Shown piece by piece: positions 1-10,096 of a stretch of DNA of 64,000 nt. Made by a program: the position numbers and the translations under genes. Source of the DNA: Candidatus Bathyarchaeota archaeon (GTDB taxonomy: Archaea; Thermoproteota; Bathyarchaeia; Bathyarchaeales; Bathycorpusculaceae). Positions within the stretch are counted from its first letter, which is position 1. Every line of letters begins with the position of its first letter. The notes under the pieces are model-generated. The model worked only from the letters and a program-made list of their open reading frames with translations. It searched no databases and had not been told where the DNA came from. The stretch covers positions 22,823 through 86,822 of the forward strand of contig CAVRFW010000001.1 of NCBI GenBank assembly GCA_963720565.1. Direction: 5' to 3'.

Positions 1-300
1 CTGGAAATTGTGGGTTTGAAAGACCGGATGAATCACAAGCCAGCTGAGCTAAGTGGGGGGCAGCAGCAACGTGTGGCAATAGCAAGAGCTTTGGCGAATG
101 ATCCTCGCTTTCTGTTGATGGATGAACCCACGGGCAACATAGACTCAAAAACGGCACGTGAAGTCCTTAACTTAATCCAGAGTATCAACGCGAAAGGAGT
201 TACGATAATTATGGTTACGCATGATCAACGTTTGGCTCTTGAAGGTAAAAGAACAGTGCAGATGTTTGACGGCGTGATTACATCTGATCTGGAGAATTAG
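1..300 (+). CDS. ABC transporter ATP-binding protein, LolD/MacB family (5' truncated by window edge)
   Basis: [15 protein letters not shown] signature, Walker [11 protein letters not shown]-loop VTHD; frame is open to the window start. Confidence 0.93.
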   Translation: MEIVGLKDRMNHKPAELSGGQQQRVAIARALANDPRFLLMDEPTGNIDSKTAREVLNLIQSINAKGVTIIMVTHDQRLALEGKRTVQMFDGVITSDLEN

Positions 301-301
301 C

Positions 302-1603
302 ATGAGAGTGTCTGATGTTTTCCATTATTCTTTCAGCGCGATTAAGCTTCGAAAACTTCGAGCAGCCTTGACAACACTAGGCGTTATAATTGGCATTGCA
401 GCTATAGTTGCGCTCCTCTCAATAACGCAGGGATTACAGACAACTATAACTGATCAACTTCAAAGAGGTTTATCCGCAGATACGCTAATCGTTGTTTCTG
501 GCTCAAATGCCTTGGGCGGGGGCAGCAGTGGCGCCGGAGGATTTGCCGGTGGAGGAATGGGCACCAGCAGTTCCAGCACACGCTTGTACCTTAATTATAC
601 TGATGAGATTAACGCGTTGTCGCCAGATATTACGACCTCGTTGGCGTTGATCCAGAAGGCAGGGTACATACAAAACGGGTCAGGAATCACTAGAATAGTT
701 ACAACAATGGTAGGAGTTGACTTTTCGGAGTACAAGAATGCTTATTCGACCACATTTGTTGCTGCCAGTGGTAGCATACCATCGAATCCTTCAATCAATG
801 ATATTGTAGTTGGAGCGCGAGTGAGTGACCCGCGACTTAACGGCACCCGGTTTGTTCAGACAAACGATGAAGTCAACATCACATGGACAAATAATACGAT
901 AATTCCATTCAAGAATATGACCTACACAGCACGTGTTTCCGCGATACTCGAAAGAATAGGCGGTTTCGGTATCGGGGGACCCTCTGACACCGGGATATAT
1001 GTTCCACTATCCCAGGCTGAAGACTTCTTTGGAACAAATGAGGCTGATATGATAATCGTCAAGTTAAAGAGCAGTGACGAGGCCACAATCAACAGAACCT
1101 CTAAAGCGATAACGGACTATTTTGGAGACCAAGTTTCAGTTATTTCAGCCACAGCTGTCCAAAGTTTGCTCACAACGATTTTCTCGACAATATCCTTGTT
1201 TTTGGGAGGTATCGCAGCCATTTCGCTACTAGTCGCTGGAATAGGCATAATGAACATCATGATTGTCTCTCTAATTGAACGCACACGCGAAATTGGCATC
1301 CTTAAAGCCATAGGCATGAAGAGCAGAACTGTACTGTATATTTTTCTAACAGAATCGGTAATAATAGGCTTGATAGGAGCTGCGATTGGCGTCGTATCCG
1401 GCTGGATTTTGGCTAATTTAGTCGCAATTTTCCTTGGTCGAGGCGGAATAATGGGAGGCGCCCTGACTATAACGCCAATCTTGACCGTTGAGGTATTGTT
1501 GGGCGCTTTGGTTTTCGGCGTTGGAATCAGCGTTGTCTTCGCGTTGTATCCTGCCTGGCGAGCTTCAAAACTAAAGCCAGTAGAGGCTCTGCGATATGAG
1601 TAA
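302..1603 (+). CDS. ABC transporter permease, MacB/FtsX family
   Basis: N-terminal RAALTTLGVIIGIAAIV helix, large extracellular domain, GIMNIMIVSLIERTREIGILKAIG motif, C-terminal PAWRASKLKPVEALRYE. Confidence 0.93.
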   Translation: MRVSDVFHYSFSAIKLRKLRAALTTLGVIIGIAAIVALLSITQGLQTTITDQLQRGLSADTLIVVSGSNALGGGSSGAGGFAGGGMGTSSSSTRLYLNYTDEINALSPDITTSLALIQKAGYIQNGSGITRIVTTMVGVDFSEYKNAYSTTFVAASGSIPSNPSINDIVVGARVSDPRLNGTRFVQTNDEVNITWTNNTIIPFKNMTYTARVSAILERIGGFGIGGPSDTGIYVPLSQAEDFFGTNEADMIIVKLKSSDEATINRTSKAITDYFGDQVSVISATAVQSLLTTIFSTISLFLGGIAAISLLVAGIGIMNIMIVSLIERTREIGILKAIGMKSRTVLYIFLTESVIIGLIGAAIGVVSGWILANLVAIFLGRGGIMGGALTITPILTVEVLLGALVFGVGISVVFALYPAWRASKLKPVEALRYE

Positions 1604-2066
1604 ACAAAATCCAAAAAAGGTACAGAGGCTCTATCCCAATCAGCCGATTATTGGCATAGGCGCTGTAATAATTAAGGAAGGCAAGATTCTTCTTGAGAAG
1701 CGCAAAAACTCCCCTGGCAGAGGAAAATGGAGCATTCCGGGTGGTCTGGTAGAACTCGGAGAAAACCTTGAGCAAGCGGTCATTAGAGAAGTGAACGAGG
1801 AAACCTGCTTGGACATTGCTGAACTAACCCTTGTTGACGTTATCGACGATGTAGAGCTTGATGATAATGGAAAAATACGGTATCACTTTGTCGTTATTGA
1901 CTATTGCGTCAAAGTTAAGAAAGGCGTGCCTAAAGCGGCAAGCGACGCGGGTGAATTAAGATGGGTACCCTTCAGCGAAGTGGAAGAGTGCAATCTGACC
2001 AGGTCTTTCAGATTTTTCTTTCGGCGAAATAGGCAGAAACTTGAAAAGCTCAATTCATATCCTTGA
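1596..2066 (+). CDS. NUDIX hydrolase (ADP-ribose pyrophosphatase-like)
   Basis: Nudix box GGLVELGENLEQAVIREVNEET; overlaps the permease stop. Confidence 0.9.
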   Translation: MSKQNPKKVQRLYPNQPIIGIGAVIIKEGKILLEKRKNSPGRGKWSIPGGLVELGENLEQAVIREVNEETCLDIAELTLVDVIDDVELDDNGKIRYHFVVIDYCVKVKKGVPKAASDAGELRWVPFSEVEECNLTRSFRFFFRRNRQKLEKLNSYP

Positions 2067-3510
2067 AGAACAAGCGGGTTTCACCCATTGTTTTTAAATC
2101 TAAAGCTCTGACTCTTGCTACGATTGGAAAATCATGAACCACACGTCCGAGTGCAAGACAGTGATGCGGTGGCAAATCTCTCGCAATACTGCGGACTGTT
2201 TCAGCATCCACCCGGGCAGCACGACTTACAACTTCTAGGTCATGTTCGTTGGTGAAGTTAAAGAGGAAGATGTTGTCAGCCTGCCGGTAGATGCTTTCGC
2301 GAATTGTATCAGGCTGGTTGGTTATGAAAGTAGTGAATATGCCGAAGTGTCGCATGCGCGTGACGATGTCATCCCAGTAAGTTTCTCGAAGATACAAGTG
2401 CGCTTCCTCGGCAAATAGGAAAACAGCTTTGAGTTTCCAGCTGCTCAGAGAATCTACAAGTTTGCCAAGGACATATTCGACGACTATTTGCCGGTCTATG
2501 TTGCTCGTGTTCTTCAGGTTTACGATTAAAGCTCCTCCTTGGTCTTTTGCTTTTAGTAAACACTCATCTAGTAGTGCAGCTTCCGCTGGTTTGTCTGTAA
2601 AGAAACCCGAGTTAACCAGAGAATGATAACGGGAGGATAATGCGTCTCTAACGTGTTGGTTACAGTTCACATTACGGATTGCCTCTCCGAGATTAGATAG
2701 GGTAAGTTCTCCTTTGTCTCTAAGTTGTTTCCATATTCGCCTAAACTCGCGTGCGCTAGTTCCCGGAAGATGCAGTGCGTGAACGAGAATACCCATGACG
2801 ACGTTAAGATGCAATTGGTCAATGGCAACTTTGAAGTTTTGGGAAGGTATCAGCGCGTGAATTCTGCTATAGTACATGTTTCTCTTTCCGTCAACTGACA
2901 GTCCTAGGCTTGAGTATTCTCCGTTTAGGTCAAACACGACAACGGTTGCCCCGTAACCTAAGAGATTGACCATTAGAAGCTTGCTCACGTGGGATTTACC
3001 ACATCCTTTCTTGCCCGTTATTATGTTTAGCGTTCCGTCGACGGCATCCGCGTCTATTGTCAGAAGCGACGAGTCTTTGGTTCCACCTATGATTATGGGG
3101 TGCTTTCCTTCAACCTTCGCGAGCTTCAATAACGTTGGAATCGATAGTCTCTTAATGGTGGACTGCGAACGAGATGGAAGCCAACTACTGCTTGGGCTTA
3201 GCGCTTCATTCTCGAACGTTGCCCGTATTTTGCAGATAAGAAGACTAGCGTCTTGGATGTAAGTTATATGGGGCGCTATTTCCATTGGATCTATGTCCTC
3301 ACCTTGGATGGATTCACCACCATCTGGAAGCGTGCGCAACAATTCCTCTAGAACTCCTGGAACTGCAGCAAACTGAACATCGATAATTTGTGCAATTAGG
3401 GCTTTACCCGCGTCCATATCCTCCACCATTAAATAATCGCCTTTTTCGGCATTTTCGTTTGGGAAGCTTAATACTTGGAGAATATTGCCTTCTTTCTTGT
3501 ACAGCTTCAT
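2050..3510 (-). CDS. herA: HerA-like (DUF87) P-loop ATPase/translocase
   Basis: N-terminal HAS-barrel-like region, Walker A GKKGCGKS, VVVFDLNGEY, Walker B LFAEEAH, RMRHFG arginine-finger region, ITNQP. Confidence 0.85.
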   Translation of the reverse strand: MKLYKKEGNILQVLSFPNENAEKGDYLMVEDMDAGKALIAQIIDVQFAAVPGVLEELLRTLPDGGESIQGEDIDPMEIAPHITYIQDASLLICKIRATFENEALSPSSSWLPSRSQSTIKRLSIPTLLKLAKVEGKHPIIIGGTKDSSLLTIDADAVDGTLNIITGKKGCGKSHVSKLLMVNLLGYGATVVVFDLNGEYSSLGLSVDGKRNMYYSRIHALIPSQNFKVAIDQLHLNVVMGILVHALHLPGTSAREFRRIWKQLRDKGELTLSNLGEAIRNVNCNQHVRDALSSRYHSLVNSGFFTDKPAEAALLDECLLKAKDQGGALIVNLKNTSNIDRQIVVEYVLGKLVDSLSSWKLKAVFLFAEEAHLYLRETYWDDIVTRMRHFGIFTTFITNQPDTIRESIYRQADNIFLFNFTNEHDLEVVSRAARVDAETVRSIARDLPPHHCLALGRVVHDFPIVARVRALDLKTMGETRLFFKDMN

Positions 3511-4592
3511 GCGTAAATTTCTCCTTTGCCAAAGGGTCCGAAAAGCAAGCGATGCATGTCTGGGCGGTTGACGAGTCTGATGCCATGTTTACGGGTTATG
3601 AAATGCTGCATTGCAAGGACTTCATTTGCCGTGAATGTGCAGAGAATGTGTGACAGCCTGAGGGTTTCGGGGTAGCTCTGAGCGTATAGGTCATTTCCCA
3701 AGAGTTTTTCAACAGCTTCCAATCGCCGGGGGATTTGAATTTCTCTGTCTATATCCAGTCTGAAGGCGTAGTTAGCCTTGTTTAGTCTAGCTACATAGAC
3801 ATCGCCTAAGAGTATTGTTGGCGGTTTGAATCGCAAGCCTGTGGTTTCGAGTAGATAAGGTGGTTCGCTTTTTGGAAGTTGTTCTGTTATGAGATATCCG
3901 TTTACACGGAGCGTGGTCATTTTGCTGAATGCGAGCACAATGTTTTGGTTTTTCCTGGCAACATTGAGAATCTCTTTCATACGGTATACGGGTGTGTCGA
4001 TGGTTCCAGAGGTTAAGCTCCCGTCTAGAAGTATTAACCCATCAGTGACGGTTTTTGCAATCATTGTCTGCAACCATCGTTCGAGTAGGGAGGCTAAGCG
4101 CAATGGCATCTGCATGAGGGTTGGTGCAGACTGGTTTGGGTTACCATAGCGTGTTGTGAAGTATGTGCGCTCGAGAGTGTTGTATACGTCTTTCTTGTTT
4201 TCTTCTGTAATGTGAAATATGAATGGCCCAAGCCGTGTGTAACGATAGGTGCGGTTTTGTTTCCATACTGTTGCGCCCCGAATAGCAACTATTATACCGG
4301 TGCTGGTTTCACCTATTTTGATCGTGGATGTATCTATGCCGATTACTATGGTTTCTTTGTGATTTGGTTTTAACGGTATTGGCGTGCGGTTCAGTTGCAG
4401 GTTTGCGTATTCCAAGTCGGTATTGACAAGTTGTTGAAAGGGTTGTTGATTTAGTTGAAAGGTTTTTTGTCGCACTTGTTTTAGGGAACGCATGCTTTGC
4501 TCGAGGAATCTTGTTGGCAGAGTCGTGTCTATGGTTTGTTGTGGAAAATTATATTTTGGAGTTGTTGTAATAGTGTATTGTTCAATCACCAA
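3507..4592 (-). CDS. nurA: NurA-family nuclease
   Basis: IGIDTS, LLDGSL, AFSK, FRLD and YPETLRLSH motifs in NurA order; 4-nt ATGA overlap with herA. Confidence 0.8.
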   Translation of the reverse strand: MVIEQYTITTTPKYNFPQQTIDTTLPTRFLEQSMRSLKQVRQKTFQLNQQPFQQLVNTDLEYANLQLNRTPIPLKPNHKETIVIGIDTSTIKIGETSTGIIVAIRGATVWKQNRTYRYTRLGPFIFHITEENKKDVYNTLERTYFTTRYGNPNQSAPTLMQMPLRLASLLERWLQTMIAKTVTDGLILLDGSLTSGTIDTPVYRMKEILNVARKNQNIVLAFSKMTTLRVNGYLITEQLPKSEPPYLLETTGLRFKPPTILLGDVYVARLNKANYAFRLDIDREIQIPRRLEAVEKLLGNDLYAQSYPETLRLSHILCTFTANEVLAMQHFITRKHGIRLVNRPDMHRLLFGPFGKGEIYA

Positions 4593-4681
4593 GATTCACC
4601 AATAGCCAATATGGTCCGTGAGAAATATTTAAGTGTTGTGCATGTACATCTTGTACAATACAATAATCAACAGGTGACAAC

Positions 4682-5080
4682 TTGACAGAAAAACCGCAAA
4701 GACCACCAATACGAGTAAAGATGAAAATCGGCGAAATAGAATTCGAAATTGAATCCCAAGAGGACCAGTTACAGGCAGCTGTAGACAGAATACTCAGCGC
4801 AGTGACCGAGCGCATGAAAGATACGCGCTTGTTAGAACGTCAGGCTCCCCCGGCTAGAGCGGAGACTTGCAAGGGTGTTATCCAGAAGCTCTGGGAGGAG
4901 AGCTGGTTTGCCCAGCCGAAAGGATTGAGCGAGGTCCATGCTGAAATGGCACGTCGAGGGTTCCATTACGATCGCACTGCCGTTGCACACGCCTTAATCG
5001 ACCTTGTCAAAGATGGAATCCTAACCCGGGAAGGAAAACCAAGAAGATATCAGTACGCCCAAAAAAGACCCCCAACGTAA
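4682..5080 (+). CDS. Hypothetical protein with C-terminal winged-helix domain
   Basis: GGTGA SD plus TTG start; beta-hairpin-like N-terminus, then LSEVHAEMARRG...VAHALIDLVKDGILTREG wHTH pattern. Confidence 0.65.
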   Translation: MTEKPQRPPIRVKMKIGEIEFEIESQEDQLQAAVDRILSAVTERMKDTRLLERQAPPARAETCKGVIQKLWEESWFAQPKGLSEVHAEMARRGFHYDRTAVAHALIDLVKDGILTREGKPRRYQYAQKRPPT

Positions 5081-5164
5081 AATAGCTTGACGCTCCTTTG
5101 AATTTTTTTGTCTGCAGCCTCGACAAACATGGAGAAGCACACGTGAGCGAAGTGGGGTGTGCGG

Positions 5165-5941
5165 TTATTTCACGTCATTTGTTTCTATTTTATTGGCCAT
5201 CTCATCTAGTATCTTGGAAAATGGGTGATCCGGCTTGTCTTGGGCAAATATGAAGTTGCCTTCGGCTCGTAGGATTTCGCAGAAGCATGGTACGAAGCCC
5301 AGCAGTGGAACTTGATAGGTTGTTTGAACTTTGCGGGTCATTTCATCTTTCTTAGATTTCGCTGAATCAAGGACCTTGTTGAGTACTAAGCCAGTCTTTT
5401 TCTCAAACAGGTTGTACAGTTCGGATAGCATTCGACGAGTGCCGTCTACGTCGGATCGGTCACCGGTTGTTGCAACAACCACCAAATCGGCTGTTACGAT
5501 GGCGTTTATCGAAGAATATTGAAGACCAGGACTGGTGTCAAAGACCAGGTAGTCGAATCCTCCTTGATCGAGTAGTGTATTCCTTAGGGAAAGTAGGCTT
5601 CCTAGTGCGCGCATTTCCCATTTTCTGTCTTTAGCGCTCATGTCTCTTATTGCTTCGGTCGCTGGGTTTGCGAGTCCTACAAAGAATTTCCCGTTTTCTT
5701 GAAGTCGGCTGCTCAAATCTATGAGCACCTTGTTGATATCGCACGTTCCATTCAAGTAGTCATTGACCCAGTGAGATACTTCGTTTATTTTAAATATGGC
5801 GAATAGGCTTGGCGCTCGAAAGTCAAGATCGAAGAGCGCAACTTTTTTTCCGCGCTTGGCTAATGCAGCTGCCAAGTTTACTGAAAGAAGGGTCTTACCA
5901 GTTCCGCCTTTGTACGAATGAACGGCTATTATCTTGCTCAT
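5165..5941 (-). CDS. MinD/ParA family ATPase
   Basis: Deviant Walker A SYKGGTGKT, LFDLD, YLVFDTSPG, LVLNKV. Confidence 0.9.
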   Translation of the reverse strand: MSKIIAVHSYKGGTGKTLLSVNLAAALAKRGKKVALFDLDFRAPSLFAIFKINEVSHWVNDYLNGTCDINKVLIDLSSRLQENGKFFVGLANPATEAIRDMSAKDRKWEMRALGSLLSLRNTLLDQGGFDYLVFDTSPGLQYSSINAIVTADLVVVATTGDRSDVDGTRRMLSELYNLFEKKTGLVLNKVLDSAKSKKDEMTRKVQTTYQVPLLGFVPCFCEILRAEGNFIFAQDKPDHPFSKILDEMANKIETNDVK

Positions 5942-5948
5942 TTGCTAA

Positions 5949-6323
5949 TCACCTTGGGTTTTCTCTGTCTGCGTAAAAGTAAGCTTTCCTTCCTTTCCGC
6001 TCTTTTTTGAGGTAACCCATGATTACAAGTTGATTCAAATATGCACTTTCAACAGCTCGTGCTCTGGTTGTTTGCTGGGAGATTTCTTCCGCTGTGGCTC
6101 TTCCGCATCTGCAAATTGTCATAGCTGTTTTTCTAAGATGGTCCGGCATCGAAAGCAAAGTCATCACGTCTAGTGAAGCGTCGGGGAGAGGTTGGGTGTC
6201 TTTTCTTCCATGTTTTTGTAGTTCGATCATGACTTCCATTTTTTCGTTGAGTCTCTCGAGGTTGTCCTTTATTTTTTCAAGCAAATACAGTGGCTTTTTG
6301 CCAAGGAGTTCTTCTGTGTTCAA
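5949..6323 (-). CDS. Winged-helix DNA-binding protein with N-terminal coiled coil
   Basis: ATAEEISQQTTRARAVESAYLNQLVIMGYLKKERKGRKAYF wHTH; 7 nt upstream of the MinD gene. Confidence 0.75.
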   Translation of the reverse strand: MNTEELLGKKPLYLLEKIKDNLERLNEKMEVMIELQKHGRKDTQPLPDASLDVMTLLSMPDHLRKTAMTICRCGRATAEEISQQTTRARAVESAYLNQLVIMGYLKKERKGRKAYFYADRENPR

Positions 6324-6578
6324 AGGTTTTCCTCAAGGTGCGTTTTGCGCGCGTGTAATAGAAGTAACTTTAGGCTGTTTATTAAGTCTTACGAAACACT
6401 GATATTTATTCATAAAAATAACACCTACTACTCAGAAGAGAAGACATACGCACAAACAAAAGCTCCAACGGAAAAAGAGATCTCGACAAGGCGCTAAAAA
6501 TGAAGAAATTGGGCTTTCCGCCCCTACAATTGAAAGAAACTAAAAAGCAAATAGTTTAGAGATAAAGAATTGAAGATT

Positions 6579-6872
6579 TTAGAAGGGTATCGGCGCTTGA
6601 TTCCTAGCTTCTTCAACTATGGGCAATACTTGCTTGAGTTCTCTGAAGTACTTCAGTACTGTAATGCCTCTTTGCGTGACGGCGTAAACAACGCGTCTTT
6701 TTCCTACGGTTCTCTCTTCCACCAATCCTTGCTTAATCAGGAAGTCAAGGTATTCTTTGAGTACGCTGCAATTAACGTTGGCCTTATACATTACATGTGT
6801 TAGCTTCAGCGGACCTCTTTGAGCCAGTACTTTGAGGATGTCAACATACATTTCGAGTTTGGAACGTCTCAT
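6579..6872 (-). CDS. Winged-helix transcriptional regulator (HTH_45/DUF4364-like)
   Basis: MRRSKLEMYVDIL...THVMYKANVN...YLDFLIKQGLV...YAVTQRG pattern typical of this archaeal family; GAGG SD. Confidence 0.85.
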   Translation of the reverse strand: MRRSKLEMYVDILKVLAQRGPLKLTHVMYKANVNCSVLKEYLDFLIKQGLVEERTVGKRRVVYAVTQRGITVLKYFRELKQVLPIVEEARNQAPIPF

Positions 6873-6959
6873 ACATCTGCCTCTTTTCAGCCTAATTCAT
6901 TGGTTTTATTATAAAGCTTTTATGTATTGAAACTACATGTTTTTCTTCATCATGCAGCA

Positions 6960-7142
6960 TCAGTAGTCAGTCCTGGCGTTTACACGATTTAACACATTTA
7001 GTCTATTTTCGAAAGCAGTGGTCAGGTCATCTATCAATATTTCCTGCAAATCTGTCGAAAGTTCGCCGATTTTTTCACCGAAGACCGCTGCGAACCTGCT
7101 TTTCAATTCTTTTCTGCTTTTTATTGTGTTCTGCTGTTTCAT
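6960..7142 (-). CDS. Small hypothetical protein (60 aa)
   Basis: Strong GGAGG SD 7 nt before ATG; helical amphipathic composition. Confidence 0.6.
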   Translation of the reverse strand: MKQQNTIKSRKELKSRFAAVFGEKIGELSTDLQEILIDDLTTAFENRLNVLNRVNARTDY

Positions 7143-7464
7143 GTTTTTTCCTCCAATGATATTGCTCAGCAGGTTAGTTTACGATATTTAACTAACTTAT
7201 GAATTGGGGAAATACATTGAAAATATTGATTTGAAATTCAGATTCTAGAAAACCTATGGAGGATGGAAAACCTTCGGATCGAGTCAAAGTTCTAGCTGGA
7301 AAATGGCTATACATTGCATAGACTCTGCGCGCCCCCTTAACGATAATTCTTCCATCAATTCTTGATATATGAAAGAATTTAGTTCGTTAGCCTATCCTTT
7401 AGAGTTTTTTAAAGCTTAAATCGCACAAGATACATGTTCACTTGAACTTTGGAAGGACGAGCCA

Positions 7465-8259
7465 GTGATAGGCGAAAAAATTGGTGAAGCCGATTACGTA
7501 GTTCTCTATTTGGATGTGCGGAGAACATACATGGTTAAAGTGGAGGCGGGAAAAACCTTCCACACTCACAAAGGATTTCTGAAGCTTGACGACCTTGTCG
7601 GCAAGAATTATGGCGAGGCTATTCGAACCAGTCTCGGGATAGATTTTACTGCACTAAAGCCCTCTTTGATGGATTACATCATGAAGTCTTCTCGTAACAC
7701 GCAGATAACTTACCCCAAGGACGCTGCACTAATCGTTATGTTTAGCGGAATTGGCTCTGGTAGCAGAGTAGTCGAGTCAGGCACGGGAACAGGCGCCTTA
7801 ACGACAACGCTTGCTCACTACGTAAAACCTGGAGGAAAAGTCTATAGTTATGAGATGCGAGAAGAATTCCAGAAAGGAGCCGAAAAAAACCTCAGACGCG
7901 CCGGTCTGCTGGAGTATGTGGAGCTAAAGAGTGGAGACGCGACAGTAGGGTTTGATGAAAGAGATGTGGACGCAGTGATATTGGATCTGGCTGTGCCATG
8001 GCTGGTGATACCTCATGCTTATGAGGCTTTGAAATCTTCTGGATCAATAGTCTCGTTTAGCCCGACCATGGATCAGGTTGTAAAGGCAACGGAAGCGCTC
8101 AGAGAACAAAACTTTGTCTGCATTGAAACCGTTGAGTGTCTAATGCGGGGCATGCAGGTTGAACGGGGAAAAACTCGTCCTCAAACGTTGATGACAGGAC
8201 ACACTGGCTACATCACTTATGCACGCAAAGCGCTGAAAGGGGTTTCTCAAGAGAACTAG
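7465..8259 (+). CDS. trmI: tRNA (adenine-N1)-methyltransferase TrmI/GCD14
   Basis: FHTHKG, RNTQITYPKD, VVESGTGTGALT, AVILDLAVPW, TRP...GHTGYI. Confidence 0.95.
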   Translation: MIGEKIGEADYVVLYLDVRRTYMVKVEAGKTFHTHKGFLKLDDLVGKNYGEAIRTSLGIDFTALKPSLMDYIMKSSRNTQITYPKDAALIVMFSGIGSGSRVVESGTGTGALTTTLAHYVKPGGKVYSYEMREEFQKGAEKNLRRAGLLEYVELKSGDATVGFDERDVDAVILDLAVPWLVIPHAYEALKSSGSIVSFSPTMDQVVKATEALREQNFVCIETVECLMRGMQVERGKTRPQTLMTGHTGYITYARKALKGVSQEN

Positions 8260-9866
8260 ACAGTGCTTTCGAGAAAGGGTTCTTGATTGCCTAAGGGTTT
8301 TTGAGGCATTCCAAGCTTCCAGAAGGCTTGTTTTAGCTGTTCACCGCGTTTTCGCCCGTAGTAGTAGCCAGCCACCTTTGCTAGAGAGGGAATCGCTACA
8401 TTGTTGATTGCTTTGAAGAGTAGGGGGTTAGAGTACCTGTTTGCGAGGAACGTGTTGCGCCAGATCTTAATATTGTATTCCCAGCATCGGAGGAAGAAGT
8501 CCCAGCGGACCCTGGAAAGTGAATCCAGTTCTGCGCCTTTTTTGTTCATGAGAACACAGTTTTCCAATGGCACAAAGAAAAGAGGAACGTAGAACGCGTT
8601 GTAGTCTTTCAGTGAATCCATCAACTCAAGGGTGTCTAGAACATCTTCTTCTTTTTCGTCGGGAAGCCCAATGATTAGAGTAGCCAATGGATACCAATTG
8701 TTGTCGTTCAGAATACCAAAGGCTTCAGCCACTATTTCCGGCCACTGTTCAGGCTTATAAGGGAGCATCTTGCCAGTCATATACTTCCTCATCAATCGGG
8801 TACTGCCTGTTTCAATACCGGTTTCTGCCGTAACTATAGCTTTCCCGCCGTGAGAGTACCAGCTGCGTTTGATAAGGATCTCGGACAGGTCTTTTACCAT
8901 GCCGGGATTGCAGACGACAGGTGTCAGGGACATGTGTGAGGCTTGAATGCTTTCTACTCCAGGATGTTCCGCAACGGTTCTCGTCAGTTTCACGACCGCT
9001 TCTTTGTTTGGGATGAAACTTTGGTCTCTTGCGCCGTAAAGGAACAAGTCCTCAGTTACAAGGGTTATGTGGGCGCAACCCTCTGAGGTTGAGATTTTCA
9101 CTTCATCCATTATTCGGTCCAGGGGCACATCTACTTTCTTCTGCATGGTCGGTGTGCAAAACTGGCAGTTGCGACCGCATCCTTTGGAAATTTCGATTGC
9201 TCCGTGGATGGCCGCGTGCTTTGTTAAGGGCGTATCATAACCGTTGTTCTTTACCTCGGGAAGTTCAATGCGGATAACGCTAGGGAGATTTTCTCCGTTT
9301 ACGGCTTTTCCAAAAACCTCTATTATTGCATCTATCCTAGTGCCTATGACCACGCAGTCTATCCCGAGGCTTTTTGCAGCATTATTTCGTTCCAATTGCC
9401 AAGAGCCAAAACCCCCAACTATGATTTTTGGCTTAAACCGTTTGATGGCGGGGTTAGTCAAGAGTTTTCTGAACTCAATCGCGTTCATCGGTTCGCCTCC
9501 GCCTATGATGGAAGAGTAAGTCTTGCTGACGTAACCCATTCCCGTGGGGTCCATCGAAGAAATTCCAATTGCTTTTGTGTCAGGTCCTATGAAAGTATCT
9601 AAATCCTGAGGGTGGACGACGGCAACTTCAGATTCGCTGTAACCGTGATTCAGGAGGGTTGCCTCGACCTTCCTGAGTCCGTATGGTGCGTATCTTGCTC
9701 TGCCGTCGATTGTGCGGTCACCAGCGGGATAAAGGTATCGTCTCACGTATCGTAAAGGAAAGGGGCCTTTGCCGAAGCCCGCCACGAAGGCCATGAATGG
9801 ATTGTTCTCGTAGTCACTCATCTCAGTGGCTGGAGCAGTGAGGACAATTTTGACGCCTGATCCCGT
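8256..9866 (-). CDS. B12-binding/radical SAM protein (MJ1487-like); start probably upstream of the called ATG 9821
   Basis: CxxxCxxC GCGRNCQFC, APYGLRKVEA, GIETGS; the frame extends to GSGVKIVLTAPATEMSDY with ACG at 9864-9866 behind a GGAGAG SD. Confidence 0.85.
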   Translation of the reverse strand, partial: TGSGVKIVLTAPATEMSDYENNPFMAFVAGFGKGPFPLRYVRRYLYPAGDRTIDGRARYAPYGLRKVEATLLNHGYSESEVAVVHPQDLDTFIGPDTKAIGISSMDPTGMGYVSKTYSSIIGGGEPMNAIEFRKLLTNPAIKRFKPKIIVGGFGSWQLERNNAAKSLGIDCVVIGTRIDAIIEVFGKAVNGENLPSVIRIELPEVKNNGYDTPLTKHAAIHGAIEISKGCGRNCQFCTPTMQKKVDVPLDRIMDEVKISTSEGCAHITLVTEDLFLYGARDQSFIPNKEAVVKLTRTVAEHPGVESIQASHMSLTPVVCNPGMVKDLSEILIKRSWYSHGGKAIVTAETGIETGSTRLMRKYMTGKMLPYKPEQWPEIVAEAFGILNDNNWYPLATLIIGLPDEKEEDVLDTLELMDSLKDYNAFYVPLFFVPLENCVLMNKKGAELDSLSRVRWDFFLRCWEYNIKIWRNTFLANRYSNPLLFKAINNVAIPSLAKVAGYYYGRKRGEQLKQAFWKLGMPQKPLGNQEPFLESTV

Positions 9867-10096
9867 TGTATTTTCTCTCCGAACTATTTCACTTAAACAG
9901 AAAACAAGAAGTATCGAACTGGCTTATTATAAATTGCGTACGACAAATGTTCAGAAATCCTAAGTGTATCTTATTGCAACATAAACAAAGACTTGCTTCA
10001 TAACGCACGCGGTCTTATTATGCACTGCAACAGCTAAAACAGCGATTTTCTTGGCGCGTACTCGACGCCTTTTCGCTTTCTTCTCCTTCTGCGTGC

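Noticed and set aside
510..580. Gly/Ser-rich low-complexity stretch in the ABC permease
   Set aside because: Ordinary flexible linker in MacB-type permeases, not a DNA repeat element
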